This document shows positions 10,668 through 21,837 of a stretch of 52,371 nucleotides of DNA, in pieces. A program made the position numbers and the translations under genes. How positions within the stretch are numbered: position 1 is the stretch's first letter; each line of letters begins with the position of its first letter. The notes beneath the pieces were generated by a model. It did not search any database, was not told the DNA's origin, and saw only the letters and a program-made list of their open reading frames with translations. The stretch spans positions 1 to 52,371 of the forward strand of contig JAZDOJ010000037.1 of the NCBI GenBank assembly GCA_043798795.1, in the 5' to 3' direction. This stretch comes from Candidatus Omnitrophota bacterium (lineage in GTDB: Bacteria; Omnitrophota; Gorgyraeia; Gygaellales; Profunditerraquicolaceae).

Positions 10668-11846
10668 GTGCGCATGCTCTTCCCTATTCTTCTCGTCAAT
10701 ATCCTCGCCTTTTATTTCCTGTTTCAGCATTACTCAAAAAGAAAATACCGTCTGGAATATAAAATTCAGGATCTGCAGGAACAGCTGAACGTCCTCAAGG
10801 ATGAGTTAGGCAGGGAACTCCAAAATAATGCAGGTCAGAAGGTCCGGATCAAACGGTACAGTAATCTTAAGGACTATATTGAAGAACTCAACCGTAGCCT
10901 GGCCCTGGATTCTGTGGCCGAGAGCCTCACTGCCATTGCCTTTTCCCATATAGCCCGTCATCAGGGCGTCTGCATCCTTTATTTTATAGATAAGCAGTTG
11001 AACCTGCAGATTTTTAAAACAAAAAAACAAGACGATGGTCTCATCATCCAGGCCAAGAAAGGGGATGTCTTCGATTACTGGGTCCTCAGGCACCTGGGCC
11101 CCTTACTCATTGAGGATGTCCGGCAGGATTTCCGTTTTGATCTGGGAAAATTAGACAACAGGGAAAACAGGCTGATCTTGTCCCTGATCAGTTCCCCCCT
11201 CATGAGCGAACACAGAGTCTTAGGGACCCTCAGGCTGGATCATGCACAGGCTCATTTTTTTACACAGGACGATCTGCGTTTTCTTGTTGCCGTTTCCGAT
11301 TTGGGGGCTGTGGCCATAGAAAACAGTGAGCTTTATCAAAAAACGCGCGATTTAGCCATCCACGATACGCTCACCATGCTTTTTACAAAAGGGTTTTTTA
11401 TGGAAAGGTTGACGGAAGAATGCCTTCGGGCCTTGAGTCAGCGAACCGGGCTATATCTATTAATGCTCGATATCGATTTTTTTAAAAATTACAATGACCG
11501 GTTTGGGCATACGGCAGGAGATATCGTATTAAAAAGGTTGAGCCAAATCATGACGGGCGCCCTGAAAGACACCCTTGCCACGGTGAGTCGTTTTGGCGGA
11601 GAGGAATTCAGCGTGTTGCTTCCCTGTGTCAATAAGAAAGCAGCTCAAAGTTACGCCGAAGAGATCCGCCGAAAGATTGAGGAAGAGGAAATTATTCTGC
11701 GAAGGCAGAAGACCCACGTTACGGTTTCGATCGGCATCGCCGGGTTTTGCGCAGATGCCCCTACGGAAGATGAGTTGATCCGCCGGGCCGATAAAGCCTT
11801 GTATCAAGCCAAGAAAAAGGGGAGAAATCAGATATGCTGTATCTAG
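10668..11846 (+). CDS. Membrane-anchored GAF-GGDEF diguanylate cyclase
   Basis: N-terminal TM helix, a GAF-like middle region and a GGDEF domain with an intact GGEEF active site (SRFGGEEFSVLLP). No RxxD I-site five residues upstream. Confidence 0.85.
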   Translation: MRMLFPILLVNILAFYFLFQHYSKRKYRLEYKIQDLQEQLNVLKDELGRELQNNAGQKVRIKRYSNLKDYIEELNRSLALDSVAESLTAIAFSHIARHQGVCILYFIDKQLNLQIFKTKKQDDGLIIQAKKGDVFDYWVLRHLGPLLIEDVRQDFRFDLGKLDNRENRLILSLISSPLMSEHRVLGTLRLDHAQAHFFTQDDLRFLVAVSDLGAVAIENSELYQKTRDLAIHDTLTMLFTKGFFMERLTEECLRALSQRTGLYLLMLDIDFFKNYNDRFGHTAGDIVLKRLSQIMTGALKDTLATVSRFGGEEFSVLLPCVNKKAAQSYAEEIRRKIEEEEIILRRQKTHVTVSIGIAGFCADAPTEDELIRRADKALYQAKKKGRNQICCI

Positions 11847-12847
11847 GCCTCCTTGTTTTTTTAACTTTTATTTTTCTGATGTTAGGAGGATTACATTGGC
11901 GCAGGAGCTTGAAAGAGAAAGAACTTACTCTTTTGGGTTTGAAAGAGGAATGCGAGAAGGTATCTCAGGAATGCGAGAAAATAAAAAGGGAGAATGCCAT
12001 CTTGGATGGGTCCGTTGAGGCAACGATCGCCCTTTTTGATATGACAAAAGATATTCGAAAAATCCTGGATGAAGACTTGATTTTTAAACTTTTTAAAGAG
12101 CGCATCAGCGCCTTTCTCAAGCTAGAGGATTGCCTGTTTCTTAAGAGTGAACCCGCTGCCTCAGTTGGCTCAACGATCCTGCCCATCATATTGGAAAATG
12201 AACCCGTAGGGTTTCTGGTGGTTCGAGGTCTTGCAGAACAGGATAAAGAGAAATTCCATATCTTAGCCCAGCAATTTGTCTCAGGGGTTAAGGGAGCCTT
12301 TTTGTTCAAAAAGGTCCAGGAGCTCACCATTGTTGATAGCCTGACCCAGACTTTTAACCGACGCTATTTTATGGAAAGGTTTCAAGAAGAGGTCAGCCGC
12401 TGCCAGAGATTTAAGCTCAAGCTTTCTTTCGTCATGGCGGATATCGACCATTTTAAAGAGATCAATGATCAATACGGACATCTGGTGGGGGATGCCATTT
12501 TAAGAGATGTTACGGAAGTCCTTAAGGAAAATATCCGAGAGATAGATTTCATGGGGCGTTACGGCGGAGAAGAATTATCCATCGTTTTCACGGAAACCGA
12601 TACAGAGGATGCCCGCTATGCCTGCGAGCGTATCCGAAAGGCCATTGAGTCAAGAAGCTTCCGTGTGTATGATGAGGACCTGAAAGTGACTTTGAGCCTG
12701 GGCCTGTCCACTTTTCCTTCTCACGCCAAGGAAGCCGATACGATCATCGAAAGGGCGGACGAGGCTCTGTATCAGGCCAAGGAGCAGGGCCGTAACCGCG
12801 TCTGCACCTATATGCCACCCTCAGGATCTCAAGATAGGGGTCTGTAA
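11834..12847 (+). CDS. Membrane-anchored GGDEF diguanylate cyclase with RxxD I-site
   Basis: TM helix, coiled coil and a GGDEF domain with REID-FMGRY-GGEEL (I-site plus a GGEEL variant of the active site). Overlaps the previous gene by 13 nt. Confidence 0.82.
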   Translation: MLYLGLLVFLTFIFLMLGGLHWRRSLKEKELTLLGLKEECEKVSQECEKIKRENAILDGSVEATIALFDMTKDIRKILDEDLIFKLFKERISAFLKLEDCLFLKSEPAASVGSTILPIILENEPVGFLVVRGLAEQDKEKFHILAQQFVSGVKGAFLFKKVQELTIVDSLTQTFNRRYFMERFQEEVSRCQRFKLKLSFVMADIDHFKEINDQYGHLVGDAILRDVTEVLKENIREIDFMGRYGGEELSIVFTETDTEDARYACERIRKAIESRSFRVYDEDLKVTLSLGLSTFPSHAKEADTIIERADEALYQAKEQGRNRVCTYMPPSGSQDRGL

Positions 12848-12944
12848 TTTGTAGGCAAGTCAGGCACTAAATTTATAAAACTCCTTGTGAATAAAGAAGA
12901 TTATTGCTTGCTAAAACGAGCGAATTAGGTTAAAATAAACGCTT

Positions 12945-13868
12945 ATGAAAAAAAAGTTCATCATCGGGATTGACCTGGGCGGGACGAATCTGAAGACGGC
13001 CCTTTTTGATTCAAGATTAAAGATTGTAGACAAAGAGGTCACAAGCACTCAAAGGTTTTTCCAAAAGGCAAGATTGATCCAGGATATCTGCGATTCAGTG
13101 CATCGTATTATAGGTAAGAATAAATTTACTAAAAAAGCGATTCTTGGCATTGGTTTGGGTTTGCCTGGCCCCACGGACCACGCTTCCGGTATCGTGCATT
13201 TCTTCGTCAATATCCCCGGTTGGAAGGAAGTCAACCTCAAAAGCATTTTAGGGACAAGACTAAAATTGCCCACATGTTTGGATAACGATGCTAACCTTAT
13301 GGCCCTGGCTGAATATAAATTAGGGGCTGGCCGTGGATTTCAAAATGTTTTATGTTTGACGCTAGGGACAGGGGTAGGAGGCGGTCTTATCCTGGGGGGA
13401 GAGCTTTATCGCGGCCAGGATAATGCCGCGGGTGAAATAGGGCATCTGCCCATTAATGAGAAGGGGCCACTATGTAATTGCGGAGGCCGGGCTTGCCTTG
13501 AATCTTATATCGGCAATAATCAGATATTAAGAGAAGCCAGAGACGTTTTTAAAAAAGCGATTTCTTTAGAAGAACTCAGCCTTTTGGCAAAAAAAGGAAA
13601 CAAGAAAGCCAAGGGAATTTGGATTAAAGTTGCCGAACATCTGGGTGTGGCTTTGGCTGGAATGGCTAATGTATTGAACTTGGATGCTGTTGTTCTAGGA
13701 GGAGGGATTGCAAACGCAGGCCCGATTTTATTTCAAAAGACAAGGGAGACGATCAGGAAACGCGCGATGAGCGTGCAGTCCAGGAGGGTCAAGGTCCTTA
13801 AAGCCAGGTTAGGCAGCGACGCCGGTATGGTGGGCGCAGCCTTATTAGTCAAAGAGGTTATGACGTGA
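12945..13868 (+). CDS. ROK-family sugar kinase (glucokinase-like)
   Basis: [11 protein letters not shown]-binding N-terminus and the ROK zinc motif [12 protein letters not shown]. Confidence 0.85.
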   Translation: MKKKFIIGIDLGGTNLKTALFDSRLKIVDKEVTSTQRFFQKARLIQDICDSVHRIIGKNKFTKKAILGIGLGLPGPTDHASGIVHFFVNIPGWKEVNLKSILGTRLKLPTCLDNDANLMALAEYKLGAGRGFQNVLCLTLGTGVGGGLILGGELYRGQDNAAGEIGHLPINEKGPLCNCGGRACLESYIGNNQILREARDVFKKAISLEELSLLAKKGNKKAKGIWIKVAEHLGVALAGMANVLNLDAVVLGGGIANAGPILFQKTRETIRKRAMSVQSRRVKVLKARLGSDAGMVGAALLVKEVMT

Positions 13869-14509
13869 GGATATTCATTGATAGCGCCAATGTCAAAGAG
13901 ATCAAAGAAGCAGTCTCTTGGGGCGTGATCGATGGCGTAACAACCAATCCTACCCTTATCTCTAAAGAAAACAGAGTAGCTACGGAACTGCTCAAAGAAA
14001 TCTGTTCATTGGTATCAGGTCCGGTGAGTGCTGAAGTGATTGGCCTGGATGTCGAAGGCATGGTCAGGGAAGCGCGGCAACTTTCTAAGATAGCCAAGAA
14101 TATCGTCATAAAAATACCATTGGTTAAGGAAGGCCTGAAGGCCGTCCAGGCCTTATCAGCAGAAGGGATAAAGACAAATGTCACGCTTTGTTTTTCGTCT
14201 ACCCAGGCTTTATTGGTAGCAAAAGCAGGGGCTTCCTTTGTTTCTCCTTTTATCGGGCGGCTGGATGATACGGGTGAGGTCGGGATGGATCTTATCCGTG
14301 ACATTAAAAAGATTTTTACCAATTATGGTTTCAAGACCCAGATTATCGTGGCCAGCATCCGTAATCCCGTGCATGTGGTGGATGCGGCTTTGATAGGAGC
14401 GGATATTGCCACCGTCCCGTTTGCGGTCATTGAGCAACTTATCAAGCACCCGCTTACTGACAGTGGCATTCAGAGATTTTTGGAAGACTACAAGAAAATA
14501 CCTAAATGA
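13865..14509 (+). CDS. tal: Transaldolase / fructose-6-phosphate aldolase (short type 3B)
   Basis: 214 aa, (M)[12 protein letters not shown].., VTTNPTL and IKIP. GTG start overlaps the previous stop. Confidence 0.9.
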   Translation: MRIFIDSANVKEIKEAVSWGVIDGVTTNPTLISKENRVATELLKEICSLVSGPVSAEVIGLDVEGMVREARQLSKIAKNIVIKIPLVKEGLKAVQALSAEGIKTNVTLCFSSTQALLVAKAGASFVSPFIGRLDDTGEVGMDLIRDIKKIFTNYGFKTQIIVASIRNPVHVVDAALIGADIATVPFAVIEQLIKHPLTDSGIQRFLEDYKKIPK

Positions 14510-16680
14510 CGTCCATGCAAAAGCCTCTTAGTCTTGGATTCTGTGCCTTGTGCTTATTTTGTGCTTTGAGTTTTGTGCTTTGTGCTTTGACACTGGCCCA
14601 GGAGGCCAAAGAGCCTATTGTCGTCAATGGGGATGAGGTGGAATACTCAACGGATAATAAGGAGATCACGGCCAAGGGAAAAGTCGAGATTATTTACAAA
14701 GGTTCCAGACTTACCTGTCAGAAATTGACCGTTAATACGCAAACCAGAGAGGCGGTGGCCGAAGGCCTGGTGGTGTTGGATGATCAAAAAGGCATCATCG
14801 AAGGCTCAAAGATGATCTATAATTTTGATACGAAAACGGGCACCATTTTTGATTCCCATTTCCGGGCGAATCCTTATTTTGGCAAATCGGAAAAAGTGGA
14901 AAAGGTAAGCGATGCGGAGTTTATTGCCAAGAAGGGATTTGTCACGACGTGTAGTTTCAACGATCCCCATTACCGCATCGGCGCTAAACAAATCAACATG
15001 TTCCCTAAAGATAAGATCCAAACGCAAGGAGACACCGTTTTTATCGGCGATGTTCCGGTTTTGTATCTGCCCCGCTACAACCACAGCCTGAAAGATTCCA
15101 TGATGCATTTTCAGGTCATGCCGGGAAAAAAATCGGATTGGGGGGGATACCTTCTTTCCATGTACAGGCAGAATCTGACGCCCTCTCTCGACGCCAGGCT
15201 CTATTTGGATTACCGTAGCAAACTTGGGCTAGCCGAGGGGTTCGGGCTTAACTATATCAGCCAACATTTTGGGAAGGGGGACTACAAATTTTATTATACG
15301 CATGAGCAACCCGATGGATTGAATGAGGATTTTGAGAGATATTTGGTCCGTTGGCGCCATAAATGGGATGTGGATGAAAGGACCAAAGTAACTTCTGAAG
15401 TCTACAAGATTACGGATGAGCGCAGGAAGTTTGATACGGCGCACGGCTTCCTTAAGGACTATTTCTACCGCGAATACGAAACAGACAGCGAGCCCCTGAC
15501 ATACGCTTTACTCCACCACAATTTTAAATATTCCAGCATGGACTTCCTGGTTCAGAAACGCATTAATAACTGGTATGACCAGATAGATAAACTGCCCGAA
15601 GTCAAATATTCTCTTGCGAACATCAATATAGGAGAGTCTCCTTTTTATTTTGAAAGTAGTACATCGGTGGCCTCTTATAATAAGAAGGCCTCAACCGCGC
15701 CCGCATCTTTAGATGAAGTCAGCGTGACCCGCTTGGATACCTTCAATAAAGTTTCGCTGCCCACGCGCCTGTCTTTCTTACAGGTGGCTCCTTATGTCGC
15801 TGGCCGGGAAACGGTATACGATAAGGCAGCGGATGATGAGAATCTTGCCTCCAGGGCAACCTTTTATAGCGGAGTGGACGTGAGCACCAAGTTTTATCGC
15901 ATCTTTGATGTCAAGTCTGATTTTCTGAACATGGAGATGGATGGTTTAAGGCATATCATCACGCCAACCGTAGGTTACGCCTATAATCACGATCCCACGA
16001 TTCCTGCCGGCCAGCTTTACCAGATAGACAGTGTTGACGCCATTACGGGAAGCAATGCAGCAAAGCTTGGGCTCTCTAATAAATTGCAGACAAAAAGAGA
16101 GGGTAAGAGCGTGGATCTGCTGGACTTCTTGGTGAGCAGTTCTTATGTCTTTCAGCCAAAGACCGGGAATAAGTCAGGGAGCCATCTTTCGGATATTCTA
16201 TTGGATGTGAAACTCCTGCCTTATTCGTGGCTGCGCATTCAGTCCGATGCCGTCTACCAGCATTCAGGAAGCCGTTCTGACGTTAATTACCGAAAGTTTT
16301 CCGAGGCCAATTACGACATCAGCTTTAATCTGGGTAAAGAGCGTTCCTTGGGGATTGGCCAGCGGTATCAGAGACAAAGCGGGAATGAGCTGACGGCTTC
16401 CCTTTATTGGCGGCTCAATCCGAAATGGAAATTCTCTATTTACCAAAGATACAATCTTAAGCCCTATCGGGATTCAGCCAACCGCGATATACCCAGGGGC
16501 GTACTCGAGCAGGAATATACGATTTCCAGGGATCTGCATTGCTGGGTTATGGATATCACGGTCAGTGATAGAAGAAACGAGGGCGCCACTATTTTTTGCC
16601 TGTTTAGACTCAAGGCGTTCCCTGAAATGGAATTCGGATTTAATCAGAGTTATCGGGAGTCTCGATCCGGCGCGCAATAA
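14506..16680 (+). CDS. lptD: LPS-assembly outer membrane protein LptD (OstA family)
   Basis: Signal peptide, an OstA-like N-terminal beta-jellyroll (VVNGDEVEY...[18 protein letters not shown]) and a large beta-barrel region. Confidence 0.8.
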   Translation: MTSMQKPLSLGFCALCLFCALSFVLCALTLAQEAKEPIVVNGDEVEYSTDNKEITAKGKVEIIYKGSRLTCQKLTVNTQTREAVAEGLVVLDDQKGIIEGSKMIYNFDTKTGTIFDSHFRANPYFGKSEKVEKVSDAEFIAKKGFVTTCSFNDPHYRIGAKQINMFPKDKIQTQGDTVFIGDVPVLYLPRYNHSLKDSMMHFQVMPGKKSDWGGYLLSMYRQNLTPSLDARLYLDYRSKLGLAEGFGLNYISQHFGKGDYKFYYTHEQPDGLNEDFERYLVRWRHKWDVDERTKVTSEVYKITDERRKFDTAHGFLKDYFYREYETDSEPLTYALLHHNFKYSSMDFLVQKRINNWYDQIDKLPEVKYSLANINIGESPFYFESSTSVASYNKKASTAPASLDEVSVTRLDTFNKVSLPTRLSFLQVAPYVAGRETVYDKAADDENLASRATFYSGVDVSTKFYRIFDVKSDFLNMEMDGLRHIITPTVGYAYNHDPTIPAGQLYQIDSVDAITGSNAAKLGLSNKLQTKREGKSVDLLDFLVSSSYVFQPKTGNKSGSHLSDILLDVKLLPYSWLRIQSDAVYQHSGSRSDVNYRKFSEANYDISFNLGKERSLGIGQRYQRQSGNELTASLYWRLNPKWKFSIYQRYNLKPYRDSANRDIPRGVLEQEYTISRDLHCWVMDITVSDRRNEGATIFCLFRLKAFPEMEFGFNQSYRESRSGAQ

Positions 16681-16707
16681 GGAAGGTTTATTTAAAGAGA
16701 TGTGGTT

Positions 16708-18012
16708 ATGAAGATATCTGTCATCGGTTCTGGATATGTCGGTCTTGTTACAGGCGCCTGCCTTGCGGAACTAGGTAATTTTGTTATTTGCGCAGACAAT
16801 AACGCCAAGAAAATCGCTAACCTTAAGAAAGGCATCGTTCCCATCTATGAACCGGGGCTGGAAGAGCTCATCAAGAATAATCTTAAAAAGAAAAGGCTTC
16901 AGTTCTGCTCCAGCGTCAAAGAGGCCGTCCAAAAGGGAGAGGTGATCTTTATCGCGGTCGGTACACCCTCCTTGGAAAACGGGGAGGCCGATTTGACGGG
17001 GATTGAGAATGTGGCGCGTACCATTGCCCAGAATATGGATAGTTACCGGCTTATCGTCGAGAAATCCACCGTTCCCGTTGAGACAGGGGAGTGGGTGAAG
17101 CGCACGATCGCGACCACCATCAAGAGCAAGGTTAAATTTGACGTGGCCTCAAACCCCGAGTTCTTGAGGGAAGGCCAGGCCATCAGCGACTTCATGCATC
17201 CGGACCGCATCTGTTTGGGGGTGGAGTCCAAAAAAGCGAAAGACCTCTTGAGTGCTCTCTATAAACCACTGAAGGCACCCCTAATCGTCACGAGCATCAA
17301 ATCAGCCGAGTTGATCAAGCATGCCTCCAATGCGTTTCTAGCAACCAAGATTTCATTTATCAACGCCCTGGCGTGCATTTGCGATGAGGTGGGCGCGGAT
17401 GTGGAAGAAGTGGCCAGGGGCATGGGGTTGGATAAAAGGATCGGACGCGCATTTTTAAATGCGGGGTTAGGTTACGGGGGCTCCTGTTTTCCGAAGGACT
17501 TAGACGCCTTCATGACGATTACGGAAAAGTTAGGTTATGATTTTGAGCTGCTGAAAGCCGTGAAAGAAATCAACGAACAGCAAAAAAGTTTTATGTTGAG
17601 GAAAATAAAGGATAAGCTTTGGATCATCAAAGACAAGACTATCGGTGTTTTAGGCCTTTCGTTTAAGCCGGATACGGATGATATACGCAATGCACCCTCT
17701 CTTGATATCATACGCAGCCTCCAGCAAGAAGGAGCCAGGATCAAAGCGTATGACCCTCAGGCGATGGAAAAGGCCAGGCTCCTCCTGAAAGACGTTGTTT
17801 TCTGTAAGGACCCTTACGAGGCCTGCAAGGCAAGCGACGCCCTGCTTGTGGTTACGGAATGGAATGAGTTCAAGGAACTGGATTTTGCCAGGGTCAAGAG
17901 ATTATTAAAGAGGCCGCTCATTTTCGACGGACGCAATATGTACGAACCCCAGAGCCTCGAGAAGCTGGGTTTCACCTATATCGGCGTGGGCAGAGGAAAG
18001 GGCCATGGATAA
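16708..18012 (+). CDS. ugd: UDP-glucose 6-dehydrogenase
   Basis: MKISVIGSGYVGLVTGACLA Rossmann N-terminus and the catalytic GGSCFPKD motif. A GTG at 16702 is an alternative start. Confidence 0.93.
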   Translation: MKISVIGSGYVGLVTGACLAELGNFVICADNNAKKIANLKKGIVPIYEPGLEELIKNNLKKKRLQFCSSVKEAVQKGEVIFIAVGTPSLENGEADLTGIENVARTIAQNMDSYRLIVEKSTVPVETGEWVKRTIATTIKSKVKFDVASNPEFLREGQAISDFMHPDRICLGVESKKAKDLLSALYKPLKAPLIVTSIKSAELIKHASNAFLATKISFINALACICDEVGADVEEVARGMGLDKRIGRAFLNAGLGYGGSCFPKDLDAFMTITEKLGYDFELLKAVKEINEQQKSFMLRKIKDKLWIIKDKTIGVLGLSFKPDTDDIRNAPSLDIIRSLQQEGARIKAYDPQAMEKARLLLKDVVFCKDPYEACKASDALLVVTEWNEFKELDFARVKRLLKRPLIFDGRNMYEPQSLEKLGFTYIGVGRGKGHG

Positions 18013-19315
18013 GAACGTTTTGGCATTTCAAAAAAGGATTTACCGAAAAGAAGTCAAATTTGCCGTTGTTGGCCTGGGTTATGTGGGGCTGCCCCTGGCT
18101 ATCGAATTTGCTAAAAAAGGGTTTTCTGTCTTAGGGATTGAGGTGGATACGGATAGGCTCCGCCACATCCAGAAAAAAGAGTCTTACATCTCGGATGTGC
18201 CCACGAAGGAATTAAGGCAGATCATCCACTCGGGCCGTTTTCGCGCTGTCAGCGACTTTAAGGCTATCGAGGATTCAGACGTCATCATTATCTGCGTTCC
18301 CACGCCCCTGAGAAGAAAGTACCACCCCAATATTTCCTACATCAAACAGGCGGTGCGTTCGATATCCGGACATATCAAAAAGGGGAGCCTCGTGATCCTG
18401 GAAAGCACGACCTATCCGGGGACGACAGAAGAGGTCATTTTACCTCTATTTGAAAAAGTGGGCCTCAAGCATAACAAAGATTTTTTCCTGTGTTTTTCTC
18501 CCGAGAGAATTGACCCGGGCAATAAAACCTACCCCGTCCATAAGATCCCCAAGATCGTCGGAGGCTTAAGCCCTGAAGCAACGGCCCTGGCCGAGTTGGT
18601 CTATAAGAATATCATCGATGGGGTCGTGCCGGTCTCTTCATCCCGTACAGCCGAAGCGGCCAAGTTATTGGAAAACACCTTCCGACTGATCAATATCGCG
18701 ATGATCGATGAGCTGGCGATGATGGCACATAAGATGAATATCAATATATGGGAAGTGATCGATGCGGCTTCCACCAAGCCGTTTGGCTTTATGCCATTTT
18801 ATCCGGGGCCTGGCGTGGGCGGCCACTGTATACCCAAAGATCCACTCTATCTTTACTGGAAGGCAAAGCATTTCGGTTTCCGTTCGCGTTTTATCAAACT
18901 GGCTTCTGATGTCATTAATGATATGCCGGGGTATGTCGTCGAGCGGGTGGAGCAGCTATTAAAGTCCAGAAAAATATCGCTTAAGAGGGCCAGGGTCCTT
19001 GTGTGTGGCGTCACCTACAAGAAGGATATCCTGGATTTGCGCAAGTCTCCTCCCTTGGACATCATCTCCGTTTTGCAAAAAAGAAATATCTCTGTTTCCT
19101 ATTTTGACCCGATCGTCCCGTATCTTAAAATAGGTTCTATCAACCTGAAGTCGATCCCCTTTAGGAAGGATAGTTTGGGGAGGTTTGACTGCGCTATCCT
19201 TGCCACTGACCATTCCCATGTGGATTATGATTTCCTTTTAAAAAATTCTAAACTTATCTTTGACACGCGCAATGTCTATAAGAATACGAAAGACAAAAAA
19301 GTCATCTTACTGTAA
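18005..19315 (+). CDS. Nucleotide-sugar dehydrogenase (UDP-N-acetyl-D-mannosamine/glucosamine dehydrogenase-like)
   Basis: [12 protein letters not shown] Rossmann motif and the GGHCIPKDP catalytic motif, as in the WecC/Cap5O/TviB family. Confidence 0.85.
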   Translation: MDKNVLAFQKRIYRKEVKFAVVGLGYVGLPLAIEFAKKGFSVLGIEVDTDRLRHIQKKESYISDVPTKELRQIIHSGRFRAVSDFKAIEDSDVIIICVPTPLRRKYHPNISYIKQAVRSISGHIKKGSLVILESTTYPGTTEEVILPLFEKVGLKHNKDFFLCFSPERIDPGNKTYPVHKIPKIVGGLSPEATALAELVYKNIIDGVVPVSSSRTAEAAKLLENTFRLINIAMIDELAMMAHKMNINIWEVIDAASTKPFGFMPFYPGPGVGGHCIPKDPLYLYWKAKHFGFRSRFIKLASDVINDMPGYVVERVEQLLKSRKISLKRARVLVCGVTYKKDILDLRKSPPLDIISVLQKRNISVSYFDPIVPYLKIGSINLKSIPFRKDSLGRFDCAILATDHSHVDYDFLLKNSKLIFDTRNVYKNTKDKKVILL

Positions 19316-19316
19316 G

Positions 19317-20264
19317 TTGCCCAGATTGACAGCGGTCGTTACCGGAGGGGCCGGCTTTATCGGCTCACACCTGTGCGACCGGTTAAGATATGATGGTTTC
19401 AGGGTCATCTGTCTGGATAATCTTATCACCGGAAGCATGGACAATATCCGCCATCTCCTAAAAGACAGGTATTTCATCTTTATCAGGCACAATGTGGCCC
19501 AGTTTATTTCTATCAAAGAAAAGGTTGATTTCGTCTTGCATTTTGCATCTCCCGCTTCCCCTGAAGATTATTTGAAATATCCCATCCAGACATTGAAGGT
19601 TGGCTCTCTCGGTACGCATAATGCTTTAGGCCTGGCTAAGGAAAAAAAAGCCCCCTTTTTGCTGGCTTCTACATCTGAGGTCTACGGCGATCCCTTAGTG
19701 CATCCGCAGCCGGAAGATTACTGGGGACATGTCAACCCCGTAGGCATCAGGGGTTGTTATGACGAATCCAAGCGTTTTGCCGAGGCCATCACCATGGCCT
19801 ATCACAGGGTCCATAGGATCGACACGAGGATTATCAGGATTTTTAATACTTACGGGCCGCGCATGAGGATGCGTGACGGCAGGGTGGTGCCTAATTTTAT
19901 CTATCAGGCTCTGCGCCATAAGAATTTGACGGTGTACGGCCGGGGGACCCAAACGAGAAGCTTCTGTTATATCGATGACCTTATCGAGGGGATAGTCAGA
20001 ATCATACATGCCAGGACAAACGCACCTATTAATTTAGGCAATCCGAAAGAATTCACGATTTTGGAATTAGCCAGATTCATCATCCGTTTGACAGGCTCAA
20101 AAAGCAAGATCACCTTCAAGGTGTTGCCTCAGGATGACCCACGGCAGAGAAAGCCGGATATCTCAAGGGCCAGGAAAATCCTCAAGTGGCTACCCCAAAT
20201 CGAACTGGAAGAGGGGCTTTGCCGGACCATCGGATGGTTTGCGCAGAGAAAGCGCTTTCCTTGA
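19317..20264 (+). CDS. uxs: UDP-glucuronate decarboxylase (UDP-xylose synthase, SDR family)
   Basis: [16 protein letters not shown] and the YDESKR catalytic motif. Start is uncertain: TTG at 19317 avoids a 56-nt overlap, while the ORF track starts at ATG 19260. Confidence 0.82.
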   Translation: MPRLTAVVTGGAGFIGSHLCDRLRYDGFRVICLDNLITGSMDNIRHLLKDRYFIFIRHNVAQFISIKEKVDFVLHFASPASPEDYLKYPIQTLKVGSLGTHNALGLAKEKKAPFLLASTSEVYGDPLVHPQPEDYWGHVNPVGIRGCYDESKRFAEAITMAYHRVHRIDTRIIRIFNTYGPRMRMRDGRVVPNFIYQALRHKNLTVYGRGTQTRSFCYIDDLIEGIVRIIHARTNAPINLGNPKEFTILELARFIIRLTGSKSKITFKVLPQDDPRQRKPDISRARKILKWLPQIELEEGLCRTIGWFAQRKRFP

Positions 20265-20364
20265 CAAAGGCACTAATTTATGCTAAACTTCTTTGGACTT
20301 TATAGCCAAAACTTCATGTCTTTCCACTAGTTGCGTCTGTCTTTTATCTTAAGGAGGCCTGCTT

Positions 20365-20949
20365 ATGATTTCAGATATTTTGAAACAGCTAAACTGGATA
20401 GACTTCCTGATGATTGTCCTTTTCTTAAGAATTATTTTCATGGCATTGAGCACAGGGTTTGCCTTGGAGCTGTTTAAGCTTTTAGGGACCCTGGCCTCGC
20501 TTTATATTTCATTGCATTATTTTACCGTATTCACGGATTGGATGGGAGGACGCAGCACCACCGCTAAGGGCAAGTTCCCTCTGCAGTTTATGGATTTTAT
20601 TTCTTTAATTGCCATAGCGATTATCGGCTATCTGATTTTTGTGGCGCTAAGGCTAGTCTTTGACCGTTTTATCAAGATGGAAATCCATCCTTTGGTCAAC
20701 AAGGGGGTGGCTTTAATGCTTGGTTCCTTCAGAGGCTTATTTCTGACAAGCCTCCTTGCTTTTATATTGGCGGTTTCCAGTGTCGGCTATTTGAAAGACA
20801 GCGTCCGAAGTTCCTTTACGGGCAGGCGCGTCTTCAACCTGGCCGTCGATACCTACAGCTGGACGTGGGATCATATTGCCTCCAGATTTTCCGCCGGAGA
20901 GAAATTCAATTCAACGGTCCTTGAGGTCCAAAAAGACCTTAATCCATGA
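20365..20949 (+). CDS. cvpA: CvpA-family membrane protein
   Basis: LNWIDFLMIVLFL.. N-terminus and four hydrophobic helices typical of CvpA. Confidence 0.7.
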   Translation: MISDILKQLNWIDFLMIVLFLRIIFMALSTGFALELFKLLGTLASLYISLHYFTVFTDWMGGRSTTAKGKFPLQFMDFISLIAIAIIGYLIFVALRLVFDRFIKMEIHPLVNKGVALMLGSFRGLFLTSLLAFILAVSSVGYLKDSVRSSFTGRRVFNLAVDTYSWTWDHIASRFSAGEKFNSTVLEVQKDLNP

Positions 20950-21815
20950 GATTATCCCGCCTGTATCAACGGGTCATAAAATTCGGAAAAGACCGCGATC
21001 CGCGCCGGCGCACGACCATCCGTTCTTACTCAGACACAGCCATACTTTTCGGTGACCCTGATATCCAGGTGCAAACCATCCTCATCGGCATTGATATAGA
21101 GGTAGCGGAGCTTTTACTGGCCGACAGGCTCCGTGAAAAAAGACGCCTGGATCTGGTTATCTCGCATCATCCCGAGGGTAAGGCCTACGCCTCTCTTTAC
21201 ATGGTTATGCAGCTGCAGGTTGACCTTTTAAAGAAAGTGGGGGTTCCAGAGATTGAAGCCCGCAGGCTTCTGGAACAAAGATGCTGGGAGGTCGAGAGAA
21301 AGCTTCTGTCTGCGAATCACATGCGCCCGGTCGATGCGGCCAGGCTCCTGAACCTGCCGTTCATGTGCGTGCATACGCCCGCCGATAATCATGCCCATGC
21401 TTTTTTGCAGGGAATCATGGATAAGGAGAAGCCCAAGAAGATCCGGAACATCCTGGATATCCTTATGGGAATCCCGGAATATCAACAGGCTTCTCTTCAT
21501 CAGGCAGGCCCGCGCGTCATTTTGGGTAACCCCGAGCGGCCGGTAGGCAAGGTCTTGATAGAAATGACGGGTGGCACAGAAGGCCCGCGCGACGTATTTG
21601 ATAAACTTTATAAGGCGGGTGTCAGGACCCTCATCTGCATGCATCTGAGTGAAGAGCATTTTAAGAAAGTCAAGGATACGCATCTGAACGTCGTTATCGC
21701 AGGCCACATATCCAGCGATACGCTGGGCCTGAATCTGCTTCTAGACCGCATCGAAAAAGAAGAAGTTCTCCAGTTTATCGACTGCTCAGGTTTTAAAAGA
21801 ATCAGAAGAAACTAG
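20946..21815 (+). CDS. NIF3-like (DUF34 / GTP cyclohydrolase 1 type 2 homologue) metal-binding protein
   Basis: NIF3 signatures DLVISHHPEG, VHTPADN and AGHISSD. Confidence 0.65.
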   Translation: MRLSRLYQRVIKFGKDRDPRRRTTIRSYSDTAILFGDPDIQVQTILIGIDIEVAELLLADRLREKRRLDLVISHHPEGKAYASLYMVMQLQVDLLKKVGVPEIEARRLLEQRCWEVERKLLSANHMRPVDAARLLNLPFMCVHTPADNHAHAFLQGIMDKEKPKKIRNILDILMGIPEYQQASLHQAGPRVILGNPERPVGKVLIEMTGGTEGPRDVFDKLYKAGVRTLICMHLSEEHFKKVKDTHLNVVIAGHISSDTLGLNLLLDRIEKEEVLQFIDCSGFKRIRRN

Positions 21816-21837
21816 AGTTTCCTTATCTGGCAACGTA

